Below are positions 39,943 through 53,717 of a stretch of DNA of 64,000 bases, piece by piece. The notes beneath the pieces were generated by a model. The model made no database searches. It worked only from the letters and a program-made list of their open reading frames with translations, and had not been told where the DNA came from. How positions within the stretch are numbered: the stretch's first letter is position 1; the number at the start of each line of letters is the position of its first letter. Source of the stretch: Octopus vulgaris (Eukaryota). The stretch is taken from assembly GCA_951406725.2 (NCBI GenBank), contig OX597833.1, forward strand, positions 44,392,001 through 44,456,000. Reading direction: 5' to 3'. Made by a program: the position numbers and the translations under genes.

Positions 39943-42184
39943 TAATGTTTCTTGGCTACAGATAGGTACAAGCTGTTGGCGATCCATATTGATTCATTCA
40001 TTCGTTTTGTTATGCACCGTACATAAAATGATGCAAGGAATACTCTTCAATCACTCACACTTGTCAAATTCATGAAAGTCGAAACAAAGAGAGAATGCTA
40101 CATAACGCTGAAAACGACGAATTAATAAATATGCAAATTTAATTATATTAGCAACCGTTTCTCAGTTGACATTTATTAGTGATTTATTATTGCTTTCAAA
40201 TGAGTAATACCTATATGTAATGAATGTTATCACATAGACTCACTTCAAAGTTAACAAAGTGTCAGCTGTTGCAGCATGCAAAAACATATTCAATAAAAAT
40301 GCCTGATGTTTTATTAGACACTTTTAACAGATAGTTCCTTTAATGTTTGGAGGGTGAGATAATCCGGATTTGAGACCCAAAACTGGAACTTTTCCTACTA
40401 TATATACTAAATATATCTTGTCTAAAGTAATTTTGTCAACTTCATTTAATCTCCTACTGCAACTACAGATATGTCGTAGACATGTCTAGTCAATACTCTA
40501 TCAACATTGTACTACCTACTGAAGATAATACCTACAGTTCATTTCAACAATTTGCCATACTCCGGTGTACTCAGCTACGTTTGGTGAGAAACAGAAGGAA
40601 AATACGTAGTTTGGCTGATGTCTATAAGTGTACACGTGCCACTTACGCTCATGTTGTGTTGCCATTAGATTTGGTAGACTGGCACTCATGGGACTTCAAA
40701 GTTTCGACAACAAGGATAGCAAATCCCTGCTCTGTCTTTGTGATTTTGCAGCGAGTATTGTCCTTCATGCTGATATTGTTGCTACCTTTGTCATGTGACT
40801 ATCATTTCTGCTTTCGCTACATTGAGGCATAAGCTCTAATTCTATGCTAACCTGAAATAGAACTTCAACCCAGTCTCGTGTTGCCTTCTCAAATGATGGT
40901 TGTAACTGATGTGGCGTTTCTGTTGTTGCCTATTAAATGTATTTTGGAGTCGTTGTTAATGTTTCCGGTTACATAACAGGAGCGACCGCAGAGGAAGTGC
41001 TTGACCAATTGCAAGCGGAAGCGTATTGATTCCTTGGATTAGTAAGTTCAGAAATATTTCATTGTATTTTGTAGATGTAATGTTTGCGTTGTTACTGTTG
41101 TTGTTCTTGGTGTTATTACTGTTATTGTAACCTACAGGTTACTCTAAATCAGACTCAGACACAAAGGTAATGGATGATCACGTAAACATCTTTTGTATAT
41201 GAACACGCTCCCGTTGTGAGATCATGCACAAATAGAGCATATGCTACACACAGTACAGACATTCATTTAGGCACTGCATATGAGATTTGGATTAAAAAAC
41301 TGCACCGAAATAACAATCAATGGCAGGAAATAGTTAAGAACACTAATGTTAAGAACTTTAATGTCATTTGATAAAGGAACGAGGGACATAGAATGAGATC
41401 AACTAGATATTTACAAGTACGTAGGAGATAGATACACACGAAGGAAAAGTTTAGGAATACAAGTATAATGTATTAAAGCATAGGCTATTTTTTTTAATGT
41501 ATTAGGCAATAATATTCTAAACGTCCTAGCAAAATCAGTTGACAAGAATTGAGAGAAGAAATCAGAAAAAGTAAATCTATACTGTATACAGAATACACAA
41601 CTCCAAAGCTTACGGAGATTATATTTACAATAAACACAGAGATATATGGAAATTATACAACTATAAAACTGTGGAATTATAAATATAAGTGGTAAAGAAC
41701 AACAGAAGGCTAAAATAAAATGCCCCAAGTCATGAACAGAAAGAAGACACTGCTTTCTATCTTCAAAGTAGCCAACTATAAGAAAATGCATAATAATGGC
41801 TCAGTTATTAGATATGTGTGAATAAAAAGGAGTGTAGAGAACGGAAATTGTGGGAAAAAGCACAACGATCATGCTACAGAAAAAGATGTTAAAATGATGA
41901 TTAATACCTAATAATACTATGGAACGTGGGAAAAGATAAATAAAGGCGAGGACTGTCGAAGATTTGAGTGCGGCACAGAACCAAAAGTTTTCTTAAATTG
42001 AAGTTACCAAAATCATATAATGAAACAGAATGAATTAAATAACTGCGTAATATATGGATATTGGCGAGTGAAAAATTAATTATAGTCACTAGTAAACACA
42101 GATTTAACAAAGACTGAATACAAGAGATGCGACAAACTTGGAAATTTCATTTACCGGAAATTACATTAACTTTATATAATCCTT

Positions 42185-42590
42185 TCTATATTGGGCACAC
42201 GGCCTGAACTTTTGGTGTGGAAGGGGCTAGTCGAGTACATCTTAAATGGTACTTATTTCATCGACCCCGAAAGGATAATATGTAAAGTCAACCTAGTTGG
42301 AATTTTAACTCAGAACGTAAAAGGACAAAACACTGCAAAGCGTTTTTTGACTTGCTAACGATTCTGCCAGCTCGCTGTCTTATTGATTTTATATGATCCT
42401 TACTACTAAAGGTGGGAAATTTAACGGACAAGTCGATTACATCAACTGCAGAGTTTCACTGGTACTTAATTTATCGACCCCGAAAGGGAAGGTCAAAATC
42501 GACCTCGACGGAATTTGAACTTAGAACGTACGAAATACCGCAAAGCAATTTCGTCCAGCGTGCTAACAATTCTCTTAGTTCACTGCATTA
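42185..42590 (-). mobile_element. Two old SINE family 2-related copies
   Basis: Degenerate reverse-complement similarity to 22640-22800; duplicated at 60090-60510. Confidence 0.65.
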
Positions 42591-42884
42591 TTACCTTTAT
42601 ATAATACAAACATAAATTAGGTAGTTTAAACTTATACCGGAAAAAGGCCTCTGCAAGTAACAAAAACAACAGTCTGGGGTGTGTCAGTTCACATAGCCCT
42701 GGAGATCAACGTTAATCGATACTGATACATTCAAAGGCTACCAGGAAAGACATTGCTGTTTTACAAATAATACCAGTCCCAACAAGTGATAATTCATTTC
42801 TAAACAAAATGGAGAAGCTTTCCAAATATACAGAAATGAAATAAGTGACAACTGGAATGCAAGAGATGAAAATAATCTCCAGTT

Positions 42885-43942
42885 CTGGTAGTGATGATGG
42901 TGGAGGATATCGACTCCTTGCTTGTTTTCTATAATGCACCATAAATGTTCAGTAATATTGAGATCAGGGGACTGTGGTGGTCAGAGAATCTGTTCAATTT
43001 CACTGTAATGTTCCTCGTGACATTCAGTAATAACTTTAGCTCTGTGAATTGGTCCATTATCAACCTGAAAGATTGCGTTTCCCTCCAGAAACAGTTCCGC
43101 AACCATAGGATGGATTTTATCAGATAAAATGAGGATTTTCAAGATATAGCCCTCCCCACCCCACCCCCGATCATCGCAGATCCTCCTCCATGTTTAACAG
43201 GTAGAAGAAGGCAGTCTGGGTCAAATTCTCCTTTTGACTGTCTCCACACGTATACTCAGCCGGTGGTCGGAAATAAGGCAAAGGATTACTCATCCGAGAA
43301 TATAACATTCTTCCACTTCTTTAGGGAACAATTCTGTAGGGTTTTTTTTACTCCACTCTAAACGCTGTGCAACGTTTGTTTTTGAAAGTAGTGGTTTTCT
43401 GGTTGCAGACCTCCCGTGAAATCTGACTTTGTACAGCTCCCGACAAACAGTGTTTGTGGAAACTGGGTTCTCGAGATGGTCACTGAGATCTGCAGTAATT
43501 TTGGGAGCTATGTTTTTGTGATCCTTTCTAACATTTTGCGTATAAGTCCGCACGTCCCTATCTCAATGTTTTGGTTTTCTTCCGACGTTCTATTTCGAAG
43601 AGGAGGTTGTTTTCCTCTTTCTCAAAAGCTGTCATTAATTTTGAGACAGAACTTCTTGAAGCACCAAACATTTCGGCTGTTTTCCTTACGCTGGCGCCTG
43701 CCATACGAGCACCAAGAATTTAACCTCTTCGAAAGTCCGATAGATCTGTCATTTTAATGAATTTTAATTACCTTTTTCTGATGATATCTGAAAAGAAACA
43801 GCAATTTTAGCAAAACATATTAAGCAACACTAATAATAAATCAAAAACATAAAAATAAACAAGATTTTGACGGTTTTATAGATGTTTCGAAATTATGGTG
43901 CTATGATGCTAGGCGCTTCCATTATTTTTTCCAACTCTTGCA
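42885..43942 (-). mobile_element. Tc1-like transposon, degenerate
   Basis: VSTNTVCRELYK.RFHGRSATRKPLLSKTNVAQRLEW and downstream DDE remnants; absent from paralogous site near 60790. Confidence 0.85.
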
Positions 43943-44276
43943 TATAGCTCCATGAATTTCGTCATTTATGTAATTAAATGATCTTGTTATAAAGGTGTTT
44001 AAATTTTTCTAATTAATTTTTTTTCTACATCAATTATCCCAACGTTTATTCCATTCTACTGGAAAAAGAACACTTAAGTACTTTACACAGTACATAGATT
44101 ATTTTCATTGCAATATAAAACTAAAAACCAAAGGGCTTTGGCATGTGCAAAATATGGCACACACCAAAGTCTACAAATTTGGTCTCGAAAGTTGCAGTAG
44201 AAATACGCAATAGAAATAAAACTACTGAAAATTAATGGTAATGTAGCTAAATAACTCTAAGCCTGATAACACTTAC

Positions 44277-44567
44277 CTTTAAGCATTTTCCTTGTTGAAG
44301 TTCGTTTATAAGCTTTACATGGGCAGACTGCTACAGCTTCGCATGTAGGATTTGGTTTGCAACACGTAATATAGCTTACATCACCAAAAGGTAAATCATT
44401 CTCGAAACCTTCGATAATTATTAATGGTTTTCACATATACGTATTGTATATGCACATCTCTAACTTCGTTTTGTTGCAGTTAGAAGCCAAAAAAATTATA
44501 TACCACATACCATCATGTTACTTGTCATCCCAACTGCAATACCGTCAGCTGGTGTCATTTTTAGAAT
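44277..44567 (-). pseudogene. Dead V-like Ig exon of the same family
   Basis: MTPADGIAVG...LQQNEVRDVHIQY...GFENDLPFGDVSYITCCKPNPTCEAVAVCPCKAY...KMLK|GTAAGT; stops and frameshifts; flanking intron homologous to that of the intact exons. Confidence 0.85.
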
Positions 44568-44785
44568 CTAAATAAAAACTAAAGGTGAGAAACATATAAA
44601 TCACAGAAATATGTAATCGCTGTCATATAACGATGGTTAAGAAGATAATAGTATGGAGAGCAATGGCATTGAAAAACATGAATGAGTGAATGACAATTGT
44701 AGTCTCTCGCACTCTGAGGAAGAAGGTTCTGCAGTTTCTTGCTGAAAAGACTGCACAAAGAATTTGTTCATAATGATCAAACGTA

Positions 44786-47700
44786 TGTAATGTACTTTTA
44801 TATCCTTGAAACGTTCGGATATATAATTTAACGAAGCAAAGTTAAAATCAATGTCTTTACAAGGCGTACTTTTTATTTCTCTGCTTACAAAACGCAAGAT
44901 TCAAAAACGCCCTCTGACGTCATTAACGATATAACAATCCGACGAGTCTACACAGATGTGTGTTAATGTCTATCACATCTCCCCTTTTGAGATTGACTTC
45001 TGTTGGAAGTGAATATTTTTTCTACTCCACATCTCCTTTCTTTGAGATTTACTTCCATTTCAAACTCAATATTTTTTCGTTTTGGTACTACCTCCAACTA
45101 TTCCTCAGGCTTTCTTTTTCTTGTACTGTTACAACTTGATTCGAGTCGGCACATTAAAAATATCGTCGTGGACTGCCATGGATACTTCTTTCCTCGTAAA
45201 CCTTTCTTCAGCAAACCTTCTTTTCAACTGGTTTATGTGTCTTTTATGTTTCCATTTCGAACCTTTCACAATGTACGTCATTTTACCGACTGGTTTTATT
45301 ACTTTGCCGCTTTCCCAGCCTTCTTTTCCATTTCTGTACACTCTTAAAACACCTTATCACCAGATTTAAAATACTTGATCGTATTTTGAGTATTCTCCTT
45401 AGATTTTAACTTTCTTCCAGGTAATAACTTCTCAAAAACTGACCTAAGTTTTCTTGCGAATATCAGTTCAGTAGGCGACTTGCTTAAAAAACGTATTAGG
45501 GTCTGGTATTACACGGTAAACTCTCAGAAATAGTGTCAATGCTACATCATCACCTTTCAACACATTTCTGGATCTCTTTAGTGCCCTTTGGAACGCGTCA
45601 ACAAAGCGTTCAGCTTGTCTGTTTGGTCTTGGGTGATACTGAGGGGCAGTGATGTGTTCAACTGACTACATCTTGCAAAAAATCTTTAATTAATTGTGTA
45701 CTGTTATCGGTGACTATGGTATCTGGGACACCATACCTAGCAAGAAGTTCGTGTTGAAATTCGTCTGTTACCGTGGAGGCCGGTTTCTCACATTTACAAA
45801 TTATTTCTGGTCATTTTGTATAGCTATCCACCACTATTAGATAATATGATCGGTTTAACGGTACCGGTGCTGCGACGTCTATGAGTAACCCGGTCCATAG
45901 AATACCGGTCTTGGGCCAAGGTTGAAATTTTGTACATGGTGATTTCGCTGCAAGAGCATAACTTCTGAAGGATGTTACCAACTTCTCAATAACTCCTCAT
46001 AAGCGACTTTATCCTAGAAATTCCTTGGATGTCCAGTGTGGAACTCCTTTAACATTCGATTTTGTAGCGAGGCATGCATTACGATCCTCTGTGTGTACAT
46101 AAGAATATTATCACATATTGAATACAAATTCAAAACTGTGTTGCGTCCAGCCACATGCAATATTTCCTTTGTTTCTTCTGATCTCAATATCTTTTTCATT
46201 TTTGTCAACGGTAATTAACGTACAACGTTGCACAATAAATGTTTTATTTAATTTTCGGCTTTTAACGCCGCTGTTTCTATGTTTTCTAGTGGTTCACTAT
46301 ATTTTGGTATTAATCGCGACAAACCAATAACATGTCTCAATTTTTTAGATGGTAAATACTTCATCTTGAAGTCATAATTCAATAGGATCGTCCCCCAGGG
46401 CTGCAATCTGTTGGCTGTGTGTGAGGATATGGGAACACCGTTTTTTAATTCATAGAGCGACAATAATGAGCGGTGGTCTCTCTGATAACGGGGCTTTCTT
46501 CCATGTATAAATTTATGAAACTTTTTACCGTAAATATGGCTAATGCTTCCTCTTCTATTTGACTCTAACTTTTTCAGCCAGCAGTAATGAACGCGAAACA
46601 TGAGCTACTACTTTCGGGCTAACATCTTCATATTTGTATAAAATCTCAGATTCAATGCCACTTTAACTAGCATCTGATGCCACTATTATTTCTAAATTCG
46701 GGTCAAAATGTGGTAATAATTCCGATGTTAATACGTTTTCAATTTCTTCAAATTTTTTGGCATTTATCCGACCACTTCCTCTTAACGTCTTTTTTTAACA
46801 CGTTATTCAGGGGTGCTCTTAAATCGTTCATGTTCGGTATGTATACCTAGTAGTAATTTGCGAACCAAAAAGTGCTTGTAACGTCGTAATGTTTGTCGGG
46901 GGAAGCATATTTTTTATTGCATTTGCCCTAGACAGGACTGGTCTACGCCCATTTTCGTTGATAATATGCCCTAGATATTTTATTCTTGGCCAAGAAGATT
47001 CACACTTTTCCTAGCTGAGCTTAAAGTCATATTTTTTTATGTTTTCGAAAAGATTCTTAACATACTCAACATGCTCACCCCGTGATTCATTTTTAATGAG
47101 TATGTCGTCAAGGTAAGCTACAGCGAAATCCGAGCATAATGTCCATAACTTGTTGCAAAATGCCACGAGCTACATTTATACTCCAAGGAAGTCGATTAAA
47201 TTTATGCAACCTTTTATGAGTATTAATTATCAAAAATTTTGAACATTCCTCAACAACCTTTAACTGCAAGTTTGCTTCAGATAGGTCCAACATTGAAAAC
47301 ATTTTCCTCCATACAACTTCGCGAAAATTTCCTCCGGACTTGGTAACGAGTAGTTATATGGCATCAAACATTCATTTAAACCTGTTAACAAATCCACGCA
47401 TACTTGGAATTTTTTTCTTGAAATAAACTTTTTGTGTCACCTATTTTGTGTAATCATTTTTTTTTTTTTAATAACGCCAATCTTTTCAAGTCTATACAAT
47501 TCTACGTTGACTAGTTTCAACGCTGTGAATGGTACCGTTCGTTTTGGTTTATAGCGTTATAGCGTTTTCTTTCACTTGAAACTTCACCTGTTTTGGAGCA
47601 AAGACCCAATTCATAAAAGAAAACTTCAGGAAATTTTCTTAAGTCTTCCGATGCTTTAAATGTACTGGCGGAAGAGCCAATCCCATTTTCCCAAAATTAT

Positions 47701-48060
47701 TTGAGAAGATCCCATAAGTTAAATAATTCCATCCACCTGTTCCAAATAAATTTTTCGTATTTTGCAATACAAAATCCTTGGCTTCCGAAGTTTTTCCACG
47801 AAATGTAACTTCACTTCTCATTTCGCCCATAGAATGCATTTTTTTCCTGAAACACCATGCGAAATTTCGAAGTTTCCTTTAATCTAGGTTTCCCTATTTT
47901 CCTCCATGCAGTTGTAATAATTACCCTGATACCACTGCTCGTACCCAATTGTAACTTGATATTTACGTTATTCATTTTTATGGACACAAATTCTCTTTTC
48001 TGTGTCTCGCCTAGAATTTTTGTTGACAATACATTCTTTCCAGGATGTTTTTGCTTGACA
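44786..48060 (-). mobile_element. Gypsy (Mag-like) pol plus 3' LTR
   Basis: RT FSMLDLSEA.LQ, RNase H, integrase; PPT AAAAGGGGAGA then TG..CA LTR 44977-44786. Confidence 0.9.
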
Positions 48061-48069
48061 CCTTCTTTT

Positions 48070-48340
48070 ATTTTGCACAATGAACTTGGTATAACGAAGC
48101 ATGAGCTACTACTTTCATGGATGCCATGTATTTTGACACTTGATCAAAAGTGACCCATGCCAATCATATCACGGAAAAATCTCCTAACCCAGGATGGGTG
48201 AGTGTTGGCTTCATTAATATGCGCCGGAGACAAAGTGACAATCCCTGCAGCGGAAACGCTTCTCCTCGCCAGCTCCAAGTTGGCCAAGGTCGTTTCATCT
48301 GCAGGGAAGGTGATGGATTCAGTTTTTAGGATGTAAAATA
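48070..48340 (+). mobile_element. mariner internal fragment
   Basis: ILHNELGITK...SWMPCILTLDQK, similar to 37140-37440. Confidence 0.75.
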
Positions 48341-48349
48341 CACCATTTA

Positions 48350-50460
48350 ACTACCATTTACTGCATATTCTCTAATAAACTTATACAAATTAATTTATTT
48401 TATATATATATAAAATATGGTTACGTTGGAGTCAAATGTTTATTTAAATAAAATAACTTTTAGACACATTCAATATTAACTCAGTAGTAATTCAATCATT
48501 ATTTATATTAGGATCATTAATTAATAAACTAAATAAATTTAAAAACTATAATGTAATAAAATTCATTAATATAATATTAATTAATTAGATAAACATCTAA
48601 ATAAATCTACTTCGAGATATATAATAAAATACATTTTGATTAATATAAAAAATTTATTTATTACAATCTATAAACTTAACTGTCGTTTATAATAAATATA
48701 TATTATATATCATATAAATACTCAAAACAAATGCTAAATAATAATAAATTAAACTTATTATATAAGTAAAGTAATTTATATTTAGATCAAATACTTCGCT
48801 CTTTAATTGAATAAATAAAGTACATATTATCATCTATATATATATAACTGAGAATGTGGGTCTGTCTGTCTGTGTGAATCCCTAAAACCTGAGAACTACA
48901 CAACCAATTTCATTCAAATTTTACACATGCCTTACTTAGGGTCCATGTAGTGTCATGAGCAAAAAATTTTAACTTCTTGCCTAGGGCGAGCCCACAGCAA
49001 TATCATATCTTCTCCACTATGAATCCCTAAAACTTGTTACAAATAAATATTACATAAAGAAAAAAATATTTCACTACACATTAAAAATTATTTATTTAAC
49101 GATACTAAAACTATTACCAAAAAAGATATATATATTTAATACTATTAATTTTAGTAGACATATAATAATCATAATACTAACAGTAACAATAATAACAATA
49201 TCAACCACAAAAAATTAAATAACTATCTTTTAATCTATATTATTTAAATAAATTATATATTTAGTAATAAAATAAACATCTAAATATAATCTAACTATAA
49301 GTATTTAAAGAACCTTTACTAACTCTTATTTACTAATACTCAATCCACTTACAGAAGTGCAAACACAACACTACTATCATAAATTAATTAATTTATTTAA
49401 TTATTTATTAATTTATTTAATAATATTAAATTATATTTATTAAATTATGTAATATACAATATTAATCATATACTAAATTTTAGAATTAATACTAGTACAA
49501 AATATAACTACAAATTAGAAACAAAATAGGGTTTAAATATAGTCGCTATTTATCTAGAAATGTATTATATAAATAAAGTAATTTGTGTCTACATTTAATT
49601 TTACGCTCGTCTAATGTATTCACTAATTTATTATGATTATTAAATAATATTTCATTAAATTCACTAGAACATAAATAACAGGACTTGCTACCTATAATAT
49701 ATGATTTCGCCTTACAAATTATCTCCCACTTTAAATTATACTTAATTTGTTGGGATTTTAGTCATCATATGTATTTGCTAAGCCTTGTAGAGTTCATAAG
49801 ATTTCTAGTTTTAAAGGAATGCATATGCTGTGCTACTCTTAATTTAATTTTAGAGGACGTGGACCCGATATATATGGCGTTTAAGTTATTATTATTCCTA
49901 TTATTCTCATTAATTAATGTAATTACACATTTATATACAACATCGTTTAAATCACATTTATTATTAAATTAAACTTAGTTTTATCTCTACATGTACAATC
50001 TATGAATGATTTATCTTTATTATTATTGATATTTTTGATAAGTTACGTTATTGTTGTTGTTGTTGCTGCTGTTGATGTTGTTGTTTGGCTGTTGTAGGAA
50101 ATAATCCTAATGTTTTAAGTTTCTAATTTAGTTAGTGGATTTTTTTCTATAGGAAAATTATTATCTTATTTATTTATTAAATAAATATTATTTGCTTATT
50201 TATTTAACTATTATCCTCAAATAATATGGTTACGTTGGAGTCAAATGTTTATTAAAATAAAATAACTTTTAGACACATTCAATATTAACTCAGTAGTAAT
50301 AATAATAACATAAATGCCATTTATATAGGATCCACTTCCTCTAAAATTAAATTAAGAGTAGCACAGCATATGCATTCCTTTAGAAATAGAAATCTTATGA
50401 AATCTACAGGGCTTAGCAAATACATATGGGGACTAAAATCCCAACAAATTAAGTATAAGA
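48350..50460. mobile_element. Penelope-like element fragments in both orientations
   Basis: GIY-YIG endonuclease IYIGSTSSKIKLRVAQHMHSF..STGLSKYIW (+, 50320-50458) and ..KWEIICKAKSY..KSCYLC..CRHK (-, 49580-49890); 48415-48490 repeated at 50224-50300. Confidence 0.8.
48833..49020 (+). mobile_element. Helitron-like 5' fragment
   Basis: A|TCTATATATATAA start followed by (GTCT)n. Confidence 0.55.
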
Positions 50461-50864
50461 TTGACTATAATTTTAAATCAAATTAATTTCAATTGAATTT
50501 AAACTTAATTGTAATTCGAATTTAATTGCAGCCATGAAACGTACGTGGTGTTTTTACTTATAATATTATATATTTATCATTCATTTTATACTTTTTGAGA
50601 TCTAGTTATAAGTTATATCTTTTATAAAAATATTTATTATTTGTTATTTATGTATTGGTTTTTGTCTATCACTGTTTGAGTTGCATAATAGTGGTTATAT
50701 TTCTAATTTATATTCTATATATATATATATATATTTACAAAAAGTCTAGGTGGCATACGAGTGGGAGTATATTTATAAAACAGAAGATTGAAAACGCCAC
50801 TATATAATAAATTTTAATTATCTGAGAGATTTTGCATGTTTCGGTTCCACTTGAAAAATCGAAC

Positions 50865-51075
50865 CTTCTCAAAAATATATATATTTAAAACCTAAGTGTA
50901 ATTAAAGAAACGTTCATAATTATTTCTTAGTAGTCTCAACAAAGTCCACGTGGAAGCGTTTTATGTTCCTACACATAAAACACTTCCACGTGGACATTGT
51001 TGAGACTAGTAAGAAATAATTATGAACTTTTCTTTAATTACTGTTAGCTTTTAAATATATATATTTTTGATAAGT
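50865..51075. repeat. Inverted repeat (~100-bp arms, 6-bp loop)
   Basis: gtccacgtggaagcgttttatgt-tcctac-acataaaacacttccacgtggac. Confidence 0.9.
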
Positions 51076-51448
51076 TACGTTATTGTTGTTGTTGTTGTTG
51101 TTGCTGTTGATGTTGTTGTTTCGCTGATATTGTTGTAGTTGTGTTGCTGTTATCATTACCATCATTTTTATCCTTATCATGCACGGGTAATTGCAGAAGG
51201 TTTCGTAATATCGCCATATACAACCGTTTTAACGTCGTTTCTATGAAAATAAATATTTTAGTTAACGTTAGCTGATTCCTGTAGGAATTTAAAGTACTGC
51301 TTGCGATAAAATATTTTGATGGTCCAGGATACTATAAAACATTTCTTCTTGGAGAATGAGTACAGAATGAATAAACTGATTGTGCTCCATGGCTTTCTTC
51401 AACGGAGTAAGTATTCGATAAGAGAATTGCGATTGAGGATGCCGAAAT

Positions 51449-51837
51449 GGATGGAAGCACTCCGTCGGTTACAACGATGAGGGTTCCGGTTGATCCGAAT
51501 CAACGGAACAGCCTGCTCGTGAAATTAACGTGTAAGTGGCTGAGCACTCCACAGACACGTGCACCCTTAACGTAGTTCTCGGAGATATTCAGCGTGACAC
51601 AGAGAGTGACAAGGCCGGCCCCTTGAAATACAGGTACAACAGAAACAGGAAGCAAGAGTGAGAGAAAGTTGTGGTGAAAGAGTACAGCAGGGATCACCAC
51701 CATCCCCTGCCGGAGCCTCGTGGTGCTTTTAGGTGTTTTCGCTCAATGAACACTCACAACGCCCGGTCTGGGAATCGAAACCGCGATCCTATGACCGCGA
51801 GTCCGCTGTCCTAACCACTGGGCCATTGCGCCTCCAC
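51449..51837 (-). mobile_element. tRNA-derived SINE family 3
   Basis: Reverse complement of the 35024 copy; 12-bp TSD ggatgccgaaat; empty site near 4540. Confidence 0.9.
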
Positions 51838-52147
51838 GGATGCCGAAATATATGAAAGATAAAGGAGATCCCAAACAGTTTTAATTATTTTCATTCCCCG
51901 TTTGTTATCCAATATCTGAACAGACTAAATATAATTCTCAAACCATAGCAGTTTGTTCGCTTTCTATACTTTTTCTTTTGATGTGATACTTTATATTAAA
52001 TGTTACGATCGTTAATAATTGCTACTGCGTGTGAATATATTGCGGCCTTGAGAATATTATTCAATTACTGCAGTAGTTGAGATTATATATATATACATGA
52101 ATGATATATATATATATATATATATATAATGTATATATGATATATAT

Positions 52148-52208
<61 letters not shown>

Positions 52209-52213
52209 TACAT

Positions 52214-52520
52214 GTGGAGGCACAATGGCCTAGTGGTTAGGGCAGCGAAATCGCGGTCGCAGGATCGCGGTTTCGATTCCTAGACCTGGCGTTGTGTGTG
52301 TTTATTGAGCGAAAACACCTAAAAGCTCCACGAGGCTCCGGCAGGGGGTGGTGATCCCTGCTGTACTCCTACACCACTCTTTCTCCCACTCTTTCTTCTG
52401 TTGGCCTGCTCGCTTAGCCAGCGGGGTGACGTCATTCGAAGGCTAAAACAATGCAAACGCATTGTGACCAGCGATGTGAAGCAACATCTGATGGTCTGGT
52501 CGGTCACGGTGATCACGGTG
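52214..52520 (+). mobile_element. SINE with family-3 head and a different 3' tail
   Basis: First ~160 nt match 35024; tail differs; TSD atattcatacat. Confidence 0.85.
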
Positions 52521-52759
52521 ATATTCATACATACTTAATACTGAAAAGCAACAAGTAGTAACTACTGAACAAAGAACTCAGTACACTATTTAGAGGAAAT
52601 ATATATTTATTTATTACCAATAAAGTTGAGGTCGAAATTTTCGAAAAGATGTTAAGCAAACAGCAGTCTGAAAAAGGGAAGAATTGACATCATATAGAGA
52701 AAATATACTTAAGTTATGAAGAAGGTAACAAGTATACATATTTACACGCGCGCGTCTCA

Positions 52760-53717
52760 TCAATAACAGACATTTATGCAACCATCTCGAACGCTTTTGG
52801 TAATGCACCGTTTATCATGAGTTCCAGTGGTCGAAACGATGAGTGAAATCGTCAGTATTTATGCAGACACGATTCTTCCTTCTCTGTCATAGTTAGGGCG
52901 TTATACTTTTCAATATCTATAACAGCTTGTTACGATCCTCAAGATAGAGAACATGTAAAAAAAAAAACAAAGAGGCAAATTTAATGCAGCAAACTCTAGA
53001 GTCAACGCACGACCAATAGATTATTGCTTATTTTGATAACCAACAGAAGTCACTGTGCATTATAGCAACGATCCACGTTCAAAATCCGACATCTCCAGTC
53101 TGTTGTTTTTGGAAACATTTAGGCCAAGTTCCACTTATAAACCGCTACCATTGTCTGGAACCATTTGACTTACTCGTTGCAGTCCGTCACAGACATAAAT
53201 GGGGCCTATATACGCACTGAGTCTCTGTAAATCCCTGTCCATGAATTTCAGGGATCGAGCCCTAAGTACATGCACGGCATACTTCGTGATTCGTGTCGAG
53301 AAAATGATGAATGATTATTCTCACAAAGAACACGTCGTAAGCGATGTCTTTTCTCTTCACTTCTAATTTTCTGTAAATATTTCTTTTTGATGAAACCCAA
53401 CATCTGTTATTAAATTTACCCATCAATTCCTGCGTAACTGGTTGGCTAATTCGATCTGCACAACTTCTCCATTTTGTGTGAGATATGTTCCGTCTTCAGT
53501 ATCCTGAAGCTGTTTATTAATCTCGTCTATGTTGATTGTATGGATAACCAATTTGACTTCACTGTAACCAGCTGCCAAAAACTGTGGACCACATACACAA
53601 TGCCTATCGGTTATTTTGTAAACAATTTATCTACAACCCAAATATCCTACGGTTATTTCTTCGACGTTCGTGATGCCGGTTTGACAATTGTGAGTCGGAG
53701 CGCACTAAGTATCATTC
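52760..53717 (-). pseudogene. Degenerate coding-like segment / probable 3' exon downstream of gene B
   Basis: Protein-like frames broken by stops (CAPTHNCQTG...; RKLEVKRKDIAYDVFFVR...; LRARSLKF...DGLQRVSQMVP); paralogues at 23113-23371 and 10290-10745. Confidence 0.45.

Larger units (their letters stand above)
18350..48060. repeat. Segmental duplication unit 1 (contains gene A)
   Basis: Collinear homology with 52030-63770 (18520~52545, 23113~53460, 33920~56505, 40540~58720, 44640~61365, 47960~63770), expanded by extra TE insertions. Confidence 0.85.

Noticed and set aside
48350-50460. Very AT-rich block suspected to be a mitochondrial insertion (NUMT)
   Set aside because: Translates to Penelope GIY-YIG endonuclease motifs; no convincing mt rRNA, tRNA or protein motifs
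53310-53365. KDIAYDVF resembling TIR-domain box 1
   Set aside because: The ISY/S..D continuation and other TIR boxes are absent in both paralogues
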